Shown: piece by piece, positions 36,186-43,162 of the stretch
How positions within the stretch are numbered: position 1 is the first letter of the stretch
Layout: the number at the start of each line of letters is the position of its first letter
Assembly (NCBI GenBank): GCA_963741385.1
Contig: CAVUHO010000003.1
Coordinates: forward strand, 134,833 to 198,832
Direction: 5' to 3'
Origin: Candidatus Sulfomarinibacteraceae bacterium
Lineage (GTDB): Bacteria > Acidobacteriota > Thermoanaerobaculia > Thermoanaerobaculales > Sulfomarinibacteraceae
DNA: 64,000 nt
Position numbers and translations under genes: made by a program
Notes under the pieces: generated by a model
The model's database searches: none
What the model was told of the DNA's origin: nothing
The model's input: the letters and a program-made list of their open reading frames with translations, nothing else

Positions 36186-37138
36186 CGCTCGTTCCCCTCT
36201 GCTGCCCGCTCACCGGCCTCAGCGGCCTCCTCACCGTCGTCGGCTTCCGCGTGGCGATGGTTGAACCACATGATCCCGGCAAGAGCGCCATACAACGCGA
36301 CCGGGAGAATGCCATACTTGAAGATGCCGTGCTGGATGGCCTCCGTGCGCAATGCCGGTGCTCTCTCGGGCAGCGGCAGCAGGCCGATCTCTTCCACCGG
36401 CCGGCCAGTCAGGTAGAGCCAACCCGTTCCGCCCACCTCCTGCTCCCCATAGACCTTCTGCACATAGCGGTCCGGCCGCCCCTCCAGGCGCTGGTGGGCG
36501 ATCGCCAGGAGATCGGCGCGTTTGCCGGCAACGAGGGTCTCGGTCGGACAGGCTGCTGCGCACGCCGGATCAGCGCCGCCGCCGGCTGTCGTGCCCGTGC
36601 ACAGCTCGCACTTTCGCACTCTGGGCGCCAGGGCCGTGTCGTACTCGTAGGCCAGCACCTCGAACGGGCAGGCCACCATACAGTAGCGGCAGCCGATGCA
36701 CACGGTGGGGTCGTAGACCACGGCACCGTCAGGCGCCTTGGTCAACGCGCCGACGATGCAGGCCGACACGCACGACGGGATGAGACAGTGCATGCACTGA
36801 ACCTTGGCGAAGGTCACCGGCAGCTCGGTCTGGTCCGGCGACGGGCTCCCTCGGAACTGGTTGACGACAGTGAAGGCGTTCTCGGAAGGCCGACGGAAGG
36901 TGTGCAACACCTCGCGATCCGAGAAGGAGCCGGAGGTGCGCGGCAGGAGGTTGCGCCGATTGCACGCCTCCTCACACTTCCGACACCCGATGCACAGCGT
37001 TGTGTCGACGAGGACACCGGCGTAGTCCGGGGAAACGGTGTGTCTCTCTGCGGCGCCCTCGGCGGGTGCCGGCGCCGTGCCGCTGACTACTGCCGCTGCG
37101 CCGAGGCCCACGAAAGCGCGGCGATCGAGTCGCTTCAT
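36182..37138 (-). CDS. Tat-exported 4x[4Fe-4S] ferredoxin-type subunit (NrfC/PsrB/HybA-like) with a C-terminal membrane anchor
   Basis: 318-aa ORF. Twin-arginine signal MKRLDRRAFVGLGAAA. Cluster motifs CIGCRKCEEAC, CMHCLIPSCVSAC, CIGCRYCMVACP and CELC...CAAACP. C-terminal hydrophobic helix ILPVALYGALAGIMWF. Confidence 0.85.
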   Translation of the reverse strand: MKRLDRRAFVGLGAAAVVSGTAPAPAEGAAERHTVSPDYAGVLVDTTLCIGCRKCEEACNRRNLLPRTSGSFSDREVLHTFRRPSENAFTVVNQFRGSPSPDQTELPVTFAKVQCMHCLIPSCVSACIVGALTKAPDGAVVYDPTVCIGCRYCMVACPFEVLAYEYDTALAPRVRKCELCTGTTAGGGADPACAAACPTETLVAGKRADLLAIAHQRLEGRPDRYVQKVYGEQEVGGTGWLYLTGRPVEEIGLLPLPERAPALRTEAIQHGIFKYGILPVALYGALAGIMWFNHRHAEADDGEEAAEAGERAAEGNER

Positions 37139-37157
37139 GGCATTTCCCTCCGAATCA

Positions 37158-37195
37158 ATTGTAATATCTTTTGCTCACTTGTGAATCTGCTCACA
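37158..37195 (-). promoter_or_regulatory. Candidate sigma-70 promoter overlapped by a perfect CRP-type palindrome
   Basis: Read on the minus strand: TGTGA-gcagat-TCACA (37180..37195), which equals TGTGA-N6-TCACA. -35 TTCACA, a 16-bp spacer, -10 TACAAT (37158..37163), then GGAGGG and the ATG at 37138. Confidence 0.5.
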
Positions 37196-37198
37196 AAA

Positions 37199-38342
37199 TA
37201 AAAGTGCCATAAAAGTGCCATAAAAGTGCCAGTAAAAGTGCCAGGTACGGTGGTTATGATGTTATAATGTCCTTACCTCAATTGGTGGAGATGGGGGATG
37301 GGGCGTCGACCGCGGATACTTTTGCCTGGTGGTATTTACCACGTGTACAACCGGACGTCCCGTGGCGAGGACGTTTTCCGTGAGGACGAAGAGGCCGATC
37401 GGCTCGAGGGCCTCATCTCTGCGACGAAGGCGCGAGACGACTTCCAGATCCTCGCCTGGTGCATCATGTCGAATCACTACCACCTCGCGGTGCGGATGGG
37501 AGAGGTCCCATTGTCACGATCGATGCGAACGATCCACCATAGGTTCGCACAGAGCTTCAACGGTCGGCACCGCGTCTTCGGTCCGTTCTGGCAGGGCCGT
37601 TTCCGGTCGAAGTTCGTGGGCGACGACGAGTATGTGAGACGGCTCATCGCATACATCCATCTCAATCCGGTGACCGCCGGAATCGTGAGAGATGCGGCGC
37701 AGTATCGGTGGTGTGGGCACCGCGAGGTGGTCGGTAGGGCGGCGGGACGTCGTCTGGTCGATGTCAACGAGACGCTGATGTCGTATCACCCGAAGCGAAG
37801 GGATGCGCTGGCGGGGTACCGCGAGGCGATGTCATCGACGCTGGCTGAGGAATGGCGGTCGGAAGGCCCGGGGCACCTTCCCTGGTGGAAGGTCGGTCGC
37901 CCGAAGGGTGGCGATGACGAGCGGGAGATCGAGGTCGACGAGGCGAAGCCTCGGATCCAGATGAACGGGCGGAGCAACGTCGAGATGAGGCCGAGAATGG
38001 AGATCGCCAGGTTCATCGAATTGGGTGCGGACGCCTGTGGCGTTATGGCAGCCGACTTGAGGAGCAACAGGCGGGGATCGCCGGTGGTGGAGGCGCGAGA
38101 GATCCTGGCCTGGCTTGGGACAATACTGTACGGGTTCAAGGTCAAAGAGATCGCGGCAGGATTCGACAAGTACGGAGAGACGGCGAGTCGATTGGTGAGC
38201 AGAGCGGCGCGGCGTAGGATGGACGATGTGGGCTTCGCGGACCGGATCCAAAGCGTCGATTCCGCGATCACGAAGGGGGCGACTGGGGTCGAGAAAAAAT
38301 AACATCATAACCACCGTACCTGGTACCTTTTTGGTACCTTTT
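37199..38342 (+). mobile_element. RAYT-type (IS200/IS605-like Y1) transposase unit with perfect 23-bp inverted repeats and 11-bp subterminal tandem repeats
   Basis: Left IR CCAGGTACGGTGGTTATGATGTT (37241..37263) is the exact reverse complement of 38301..38323. Outside the IRs there are four copies of TAAAAGTGCCA on the left (37199..37243) and two of TGGTACCTTTT on the right (38321..38342). Confidence 0.8.
37298..38302 (+). CDS. REP-associated tyrosine transposase-like protein (Y1/HUH) with a C-terminal DnaA-C-like HTH domain
   Basis: 334-aa ORF with GGIYHVYNRTSRGEDVF, the HUH motif SNHYHLAV, FWQGRF and the catalytic Tyr region AYIHLNP. The C-terminal segment REILAWLGTILYGFKVKEIAAGFDKYGETASRLVSRA resembles the DnaA domain IV HTH. 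Confidence 0.8.
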   Translation: MGRRPRILLPGGIYHVYNRTSRGEDVFREDEEADRLEGLISATKARDDFQILAWCIMSNHYHLAVRMGEVPLSRSMRTIHHRFAQSFNGRHRVFGPFWQGRFRSKFVGDDEYVRRLIAYIHLNPVTAGIVRDAAQYRWCGHREVVGRAAGRRLVDVNETLMSYHPKRRDALAGYREAMSSTLAEEWRSEGPGHLPWWKVGRPKGGDDEREIEVDEAKPRIQMNGRSNVEMRPRMEIARFIELGADACGVMAADLRSNRRGSPVVEAREILAWLGTILYGFKVKEIAAGFDKYGETASRLVSRAARRRMDDVGFADRIQSVDSAITKGATGVEKK

Positions 38343-39569
38343 CGCGAGCCCTTCGTGGCCCATGAACGTGTGCCACTGTCGTTCACCATCGGAGTTCAGC
38401 TTGACGGCAAAACCGTTATCCCCTCCACCGTGTGAATGAACGGGCGTTCTCCACGAGGCATCGCTGGCACCACTACTACCGGCATCCTCGATGAAATTCA
38501 GGATGTTGCGGCCGAGAACACCATCGACGACCTCCTGCGGGTACCCACGCTCGGTGAGACGCCGGCCGATCCTCGAGAAAGCATCCTCGCGGTTGAGGCT
38601 GGCCGGCACGTACCTCCCTCCAGCCTGAAGATCGGAGCCGATGCCAACGTGATCGGGACCGAGATGCCCGATCAACTCGGCGATCTGGTCGACCATCAAC
38701 TCCAGTGCATCCGCTTCCGGATCACCTGCCAGCAGATCTGAGGCGTTGAACGACACCCAGACTGATCCGCCGGTCTCCCCGAGCTTCGCCACGACGTCGT
38801 CAGGCAGGTTGAATGCCGTAGGGCTCACCTCAGCGGTGAGGCTGTGGGTCGCGACCACCGGCGCTCTCGATTGTTTGATGATTACCAGTTTCTGCGGATG
38901 ACTCAGGTGGGTGATGTCGATCGAGACGCCGGTTTCATTCATGGCCTCCACGATCCGTTTCCCGAATGGCGTCAATTCGTTCGATCGATCGCCGACACCG
39001 AAGAGCCCGTCGGGGTCCTTCTCCACGAGACCGATGATTCGCACCCCGAGATTTCGAAACCGCTCCACCCTCCCTGGATCTCCATCGAAAATCCTGTCAA
39101 ACCACTCGATGGAGAACAGGAGGCGAAGGTCGTTCTCTGGAGCGCTGCCCGGCTTCTCGTGCGGACCGACGATCGAAAAACCCGCGTCCGTCGCCGCAGC
39201 CCGCCGAAGCTCCGTCATTTCGCTGACAATGCGGGACTCCACATCCGATGTTTTCGATCGGTCGAGGGGCAGTGGAACCACCACCGTATCGATGCCGCGA
39301 GATCGCACTGCCGCGAGCCGTGAGAGGTCCAGCCGGCCGCCCCTAATACCAATGACGTCGTGGTTGTGGCCGTCGACCACCGGGCTCGGCTCGCCCGCGA
39401 TCGCAGGCGGGCACAACGAAAAGACGATCAACGCGGCTGCGTATCGGTATCGGTGCCAGGAGAAACTTTCTGAACTTTGTTTGCGTCGCCACCCCGAGAC
39501 CCGCGCAACTCTCTCGACAATTTTCTTCCTGGCGATCAAGAAAGTTAACAACGTTTCTCCTGGCATCAC
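38268..39569 (-). CDS. Peptidase M19 (membrane dipeptidase) family protein with both ends remodelled by mobile elements
   Basis: M19 motifs DGHNHD, ITHLSH, VVATHS and GIGSDL. The first 38 codons or so lie in MITE copy C and the last 25 codons or so lie in the right end of the RAYT unit. The native start and stop are therefore uncertain. Confidence 0.6.
   Translation of the reverse strand: MMPGETLLTFLIARKKIVERVARVSGWRRKQSSESFSWHRYRYAAALIVFSLCPPAIAGEPSPVVDGHNHDVIGIRGGRLDLSRLAAVRSRGIDTVVVPLPLDRSKTSDVESRIVSEMTELRRAAATDAGFSIVGPHEKPGSAPENDLRLLFSIEWFDRIFDGDPGRVERFRNLGVRIIGLVEKDPDGLFGVGDRSNELTPFGKRIVEAMNETGVSIDITHLSHPQKLVIIKQSRAPVVATHSLTAEVSPTAFNLPDDVVAKLGETGGSVWVSFNASDLLAGDPEADALELMVDQIAELIGHLGPDHVGIGSDLQAGGRYVPASLNREDAFSRIGRRLTERGYPQEVVDGVLGRNILNFIEDAGSSGASDASWRTPVHSHGGGDNGFAVKLNSDGERQWHTFMGHEGLAKRYQKGTRYGGYDVIFSRPQSPPS
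39454..39565 (-). mobile_element. 112-bp MITE-like element, copy C (inverted)
   Basis: Reverse complement of copies A and B, with the same 13-bp TIRs. The CCGATA flank is duplicated (TATCGGTATCGG at 39442..39453). Confidence 0.8.
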
Positions 39570-39575
39570 TAAGTC

Positions 39576-39863
39576 TTAAGTTTTGAATCGCCACACTTCA
39601 GCGGGAGGAATCTGCCCCTCTGTGTTGCACTTGGGACAGAGGACTCGCACCCCGCTGCCGGTCATCACTCCGAACACGCCCGGCGGGTCGAGTGAATCTT
39701 CCCTTGGAGATGACCACTCGGCGTGACATTTGGTGCACCGAAAACTGATCTGCTTGGGTGCGCCTTGCATCGGCTTTGACGGGTTTCGGTTTCTTCGGAG
39801 CGTCGGGTCTTTAATCTCGCTCCATTCTTCGACAGCGAGTATCAGAATAGGTGATTCGCTCAT
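39576..39863 (-). CDS. Small zinc-ribbon-like hypothetical protein
   Basis: 95-aa ORF from the ATG at 39863 (inside the longer ORF 39576..40235, which would run through the tRNA). Two CxxC pairs (CTKCH...CPKCN). Lower-G+C region. No RBS checked. Confidence 0.35.
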   Translation of the reverse strand: MSESPILILAVEEWSEIKDPTLRRNRNPSKPMQGAPKQISFRCTKCHAEWSSPREDSLDPPGVFGVMTGSGVRVLCPKCNTEGQIPPAEVWRFKT

Positions 39864-39976
39864 GTATCGAACATACCTCAGATAGCGGCTTGAGGAAAAC
39901 GTTTCGATCGAGCAGATTTGGCAACGAAGGGCGACCCGAGTGTATCCAGCCGACAGCGATTTTTTTCGTAAGATGT

Positions 39977-39998
39977 TGGTGCGAAAGGGGGGGCTCGA
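39977..39998. repeat. Direct repeat of the tRNA-Leu 3' end (att-like scar)
   Basis: TGGTGCGAAAGGGGGGgCTCGA versus 40155..40176 TGGTGCGAAAGGGGGGaCTCGA, 21 of 22 identical. It lies 157 bp beyond the tRNA 3' end. Confidence 0.65.
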
Positions 39999-40153
39999 TC
40001 GTGCCGAGAGGCAGCGGTTTGTGGTCGTTGCCGAGGTGGAAGGTTGGGGTGGTGGTCGGCCTACGACCATCCGGCGGCTCCGGCGTGAGGCCGTGCCCCG
40101 GGGCATGGCCAACCCCCCGGGGGAGTTGGTGAGCACTCGAGCGGTGAGGAGAA

Positions 40154-40241
<88 letters not shown>

Positions 40242-40392
40242 ACACAGGCGGGAGATGCATGGTAGATCAGGGGAGGAAGACCGTCAAGGCGGTTAGCGGT
40301 GCAATTCGACCGGAAATCGGTTCGGACCGCGTCGGCTCGGCTAAGATCCTCGCAGGTGGAGAATCACGGCGACATCTGAAAGGGGGCACGAA

Positions 40393-40644
40393 ATGCGGTT
40401 GAACACGAGGGCGTTTGCTCTGACCTGCGGGATCCTGTGGGGGGTGTCGGTTCTGCTGGCCACGGTGTGGATCATCGTATTTGGTTTCGACGGAACCGTG
40501 ATGGTCAACCTCGATCACTTCTACTTCGGCTACAACATCAGCTATCTGGGGGCCGTCATCGGCGGCATCTGGGGTTTCGTGGACGGCGCGATCGGCGGCG
40601 CGATTTTCGCGTGGCTCTACAACAAGCTGGCCGGCGCCAAGTAG
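40393..40644 (+). CDS. Small Gly-rich membrane protein (2-3 TM)
   Basis: 83-aa ORF after GAAAGGGGG. Hydrophobic segments FALTCGILWGVSVLLATVWIIVF and YLGAVIGGIWGFVDGAIGGAIFAWL. Confidence 0.6.
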   Translation: MRLNTRAFALTCGILWGVSVLLATVWIIVFGFDGTVMVNLDHFYFGYNISYLGAVIGGIWGFVDGAIGGAIFAWLYNKLAGAK

Positions 40645-40650
40645 CGCCGG

Positions 40651-40820
40651 CGATTTCGGATTTCGGATTTCGGATTTCGGATTTGCGCCCGCCCACCCGG
40701 CAGCCGGGACGGCTGCCCCACAATTCCCCCGGCAGAACAAATTGGTTTGTGGGGCACGCGTCTCGCGTGCCGGGCGGGCGGTCGGGAATTCAAAATTCAG
40801 AATTCAAAATTGAGAATTGA
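40651..40820. repeat. Composite structured intergenic repeat, copy I (GGATTTC heptamer arm, GC-rich double-hairpin core, GAATTCAAAATT-type arm)
   Basis: (GATTTCG)x4.7 at 40651..40685. Core with GGCAGCC-GGGAC-GGCTGCC + CCCACAA ... TTTGTGGGG + CACGCG-TCT-CGCGTG. AT-rich 7-nt-period arm at 40786..40820. Confidence 0.8.
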
Positions 40821-40844
40821 CTCTGGTGTGCTTCAATAGCGGCC

Positions 40845-43085
40845 ATGACAGTGAAAAGCAAAGACAATGAAATCGATGCGGCCGCGGTTCTGGCCGCGAT
40901 CCACGAACGCGGGCAGAAGGGCCTGACCATCCAGCAACTGGTCAACCAGGTGGCCGCCGAACAGGATGCGGACCGATCCGAGACGCGGCACCTGCTGCGT
41001 CCGGTCCTCAAGAAACTGCAGCGCGACGGGCTGGTGGTCCTGGGCCGCGGCAAGCGCTACTTCGTGCCGGAGGCGTCGGACCTGGTGAGCGGCAAGCTGC
41101 GGCGGGTGCCGGGCGGCCACGTGGAACTGGTGGCGCCTGGCCTCGAGGGTCCGCCGGTGCGGGTCCCGCCGCGTGGACTCCGCGGGGCGCTCGATGGCGA
41201 CACGGTCCTGGTGCGGTTGGAGAAACCGCGCAAGAAGGCGCGTGTCGACGGCGTCCGCGAGGGCGTCGTAGTGAAGGTGATCGAACGCAGCCGCAGCGAG
41301 GTGGTCGGCCGCTGGATGGTGGGCGGCGGACGTCCGCACGTGCGGCCGCTCGACCGACGGTTGCGGTTCAAGGTGGAGCCTACCGGTTCGCGGGTCGAGG
41401 GGCAGCCGGACGAGGGCGAGATGGTGGTGATCTCGCTCGACACGGTCGATTCGCATGGCGAAACCGCCCGCGGCGAGCTGCTGGAGAGGCTCGGTCAGGT
41501 TGAGGACCCCGGCGTGGTGGAGCGGGTGGTGCTGCGGCTGCACGGCATCGAGACGGAGTTCCCGGCCGCCGCGCTGCAGGAGGCGGAGCTGCTACCCGGA
41601 GAGATTTCGGCGGAAGACGTCGCCGGTCGCGAGGACCGCCGCGGCGAGAAGGTGATCACGATCGACGGCAGCACCGCGCGGGACTTCGACGACGCGGTCA
41701 GCGCCCGGCGCGGCCAGAACGGTGCAATCGAGGTCGAGGTCCACATCGCCGACGTCAGTCACTTCGTCCTCCCCGGCACGGCGCTCGACGACTCGGCCCG
41801 TGAGAGGGGCACCTCGGTCTACCTGCCCGGGGTGTGCGTGCCGATGCTGCCGGAACGGCTGTCCAACGACCTGTGCTCGCTGCGCGAGGACGTGGACCGC
41901 CTGACCTTCAGCGTGCGCTACACCATCGACCGTAAGGGCAAGATCACATCGACAAAGACCTATGACTCGGTGATCAGGTCGCGCCGACGGTGCACCTATG
42001 ACGAGGTGGCCGAGTGGTTGGATCTGCCGCGGGCCCGGTGGCCGCGCGAGACCGCCGGTTTTGCGGACTCGCTGGAGCTCCTGGCCGAGGCCGCAAAGCG
42101 GTTGGGCACGGCGCGTCGCGAGCGCGGCAGCCTCGACTTCGACCTCGCCGAGCCGGAGCTGATCCTCGACCCCGAGGGCCGGGTGGTGGCCATCCAGCCG
42201 GCGGCCCGCAACCGCGCCCACCGGCTGATCGAGGAATTGATGGTGGCCGCCAACAGCTGCGTGGCGGGAATCCTGATGAAGGCCGACCAGCCCGGGCTCT
42301 ACCGGGTGCACGACCAGCCGGAGGCGTCGCGCGTCGAGGAGCTCAAACAGGTGATGTCGGATCTCGGTCTGCAGCTCAAGGGCGAGTCGCGGTCGCTGAA
42401 GCCGGCGGCCCTGCAAGAACTGCTCGAGGCCGCCGACGGCCGTCCCGAGGAGCGGCTGGTGGACATGCTGGTGCTGCGGACGCTGGCCCGGGCTATCTAC
42501 AGCCCGGAGCCGCGGGGCCACTACGCGTTGACCACCGACGAGTACCTCCACTTCACCTCGCCGATCCGGCGCTACCCCGACCTGGTGGTGCACCGGATGC
42601 TCCGACAGCTCAACGACGAAGGACCGCTGCGGGAGGGTGAGAAGCGGGCCGCCGTGGAGGCCGAGCTGAAGGAGCTGGGCGAGTCGTGCTCGGCGGCCGA
42701 ACGGCGGGCCGAGGCGGCAGAGCGGTCGGCGGTGGAGTGGAAGACGGTGCTCTTCCTGCGCGAGCGGGAGGGCGAGGAGTTTGCGGGCCACATCTCGGGG
42801 GTGACCGACTTCGGGCTCTTTGTCCGTCTCGACGAGATCTCGGTGGATGGGATGGTGCACATTTCCGAGCTCGGCGACGACTACTACGTGTATGACGACC
42901 GCCGCCACCGGTTGGTGGGGGAGCGCACAGGGCGGGTGTGGCGGTTGGGCGATGCCATCGAGGTCAAGCTCGTCCGGGTGGACCTCGACGCCATGCAGTT
43001 GCAGTTTCTGCCGGTGGGTGTCGAACCCGATGCCCGCGCCGCGCGCAAAACGGGCCGCCCGCGGAAGAAGACTTCGAAACGTTAG
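40845..43085 (+). CDS. rnr: Ribonuclease R
   Basis: 746-aa ORF. RNB catalytic motifs (ITIDGSTARDFDDAVS, HYALTTDEYLHFTSPIRRYPDLVVHR). C-terminal S1 domain (GHISGVTDFGLFVRL...GMVHISEL). Basic tail. Confidence 0.92.
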   Translation: MTVKSKDNEIDAAAVLAAIHERGQKGLTIQQLVNQVAAEQDADRSETRHLLRPVLKKLQRDGLVVLGRGKRYFVPEASDLVSGKLRRVPGGHVELVAPGLEGPPVRVPPRGLRGALDGDTVLVRLEKPRKKARVDGVREGVVVKVIERSRSEVVGRWMVGGGRPHVRPLDRRLRFKVEPTGSRVEGQPDEGEMVVISLDTVDSHGETARGELLERLGQVEDPGVVERVVLRLHGIETEFPAAALQEAELLPGEISAEDVAGREDRRGEKVITIDGSTARDFDDAVSARRGQNGAIEVEVHIADVSHFVLPGTALDDSARERGTSVYLPGVCVPMLPERLSNDLCSLREDVDRLTFSVRYTIDRKGKITSTKTYDSVIRSRRRCTYDEVAEWLDLPRARWPRETAGFADSLELLAEAAKRLGTARRERGSLDFDLAEPELILDPEGRVVAIQPAARNRAHRLIEELMVAANSCVAGILMKADQPGLYRVHDQPEASRVEELKQVMSDLGLQLKGESRSLKPAALQELLEAADGRPEERLVDMLVLRTLARAIYSPEPRGHYALTTDEYLHFTSPIRRYPDLVVHRMLRQLNDEGPLREGEKRAAVEAELKELGESCSAAERRAEAAERSAVEWKTVLFLREREGEEFAGHISGVTDFGLFVRLDEISVDGMVHISELGDDYYVYDDRRHRLVGERTGRVWRLGDAIEVKLVRVDLDAMQLQFLPVGVEPDARAARKTGRPRKKTSKR

Positions 43086-43107
43086 CAATTCGCGGCAGCG
43101 AATTGCC

Positions 43108-43152
43108 TTGACAAACGTTCCGGTGCGACATAGTTTACAAAACGAACGTTCG
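43108..43152 (+). promoter_or_regulatory. Candidate sigma-70 promoter plus palindromic operator upstream of the TetR gene
   Basis: TTGACA (43108..43113), 17 bp, TAGTTT (43131..43136). Perfect 10-bp palindrome CGAACGTTCG at 43143..43152, with a related AAACGTTCC half-site at 43113..43121. The TetR ATG is at 43163. Confidence 0.5.
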
Positions 43153-43162
43153 GTTTTTATAA

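Noticed and set aside
32851-36416. Long alternative-frame and antisense ORFs over the NrfD-cytochrome gene (32851..34359 -, 34744..36315 -, 34617..36416 +, 33030..33920 +)
   Set aside because: All have Arg/Pro/Gly-rich translations without motifs. The chosen frame has NrfD-like TM helices and 14 CxxCH motifs.
32904-37138. Molybdopterin (DMSO-reductase-family) catalytic subunit expected next to an NrfC/NrfD pair
   Set aside because: No such ORF lies on either side. The upstream neighbour is the RAYT unit, and downstream is an intergenic region with REP R2. The module was therefore interpreted as cytochrome-terminated.
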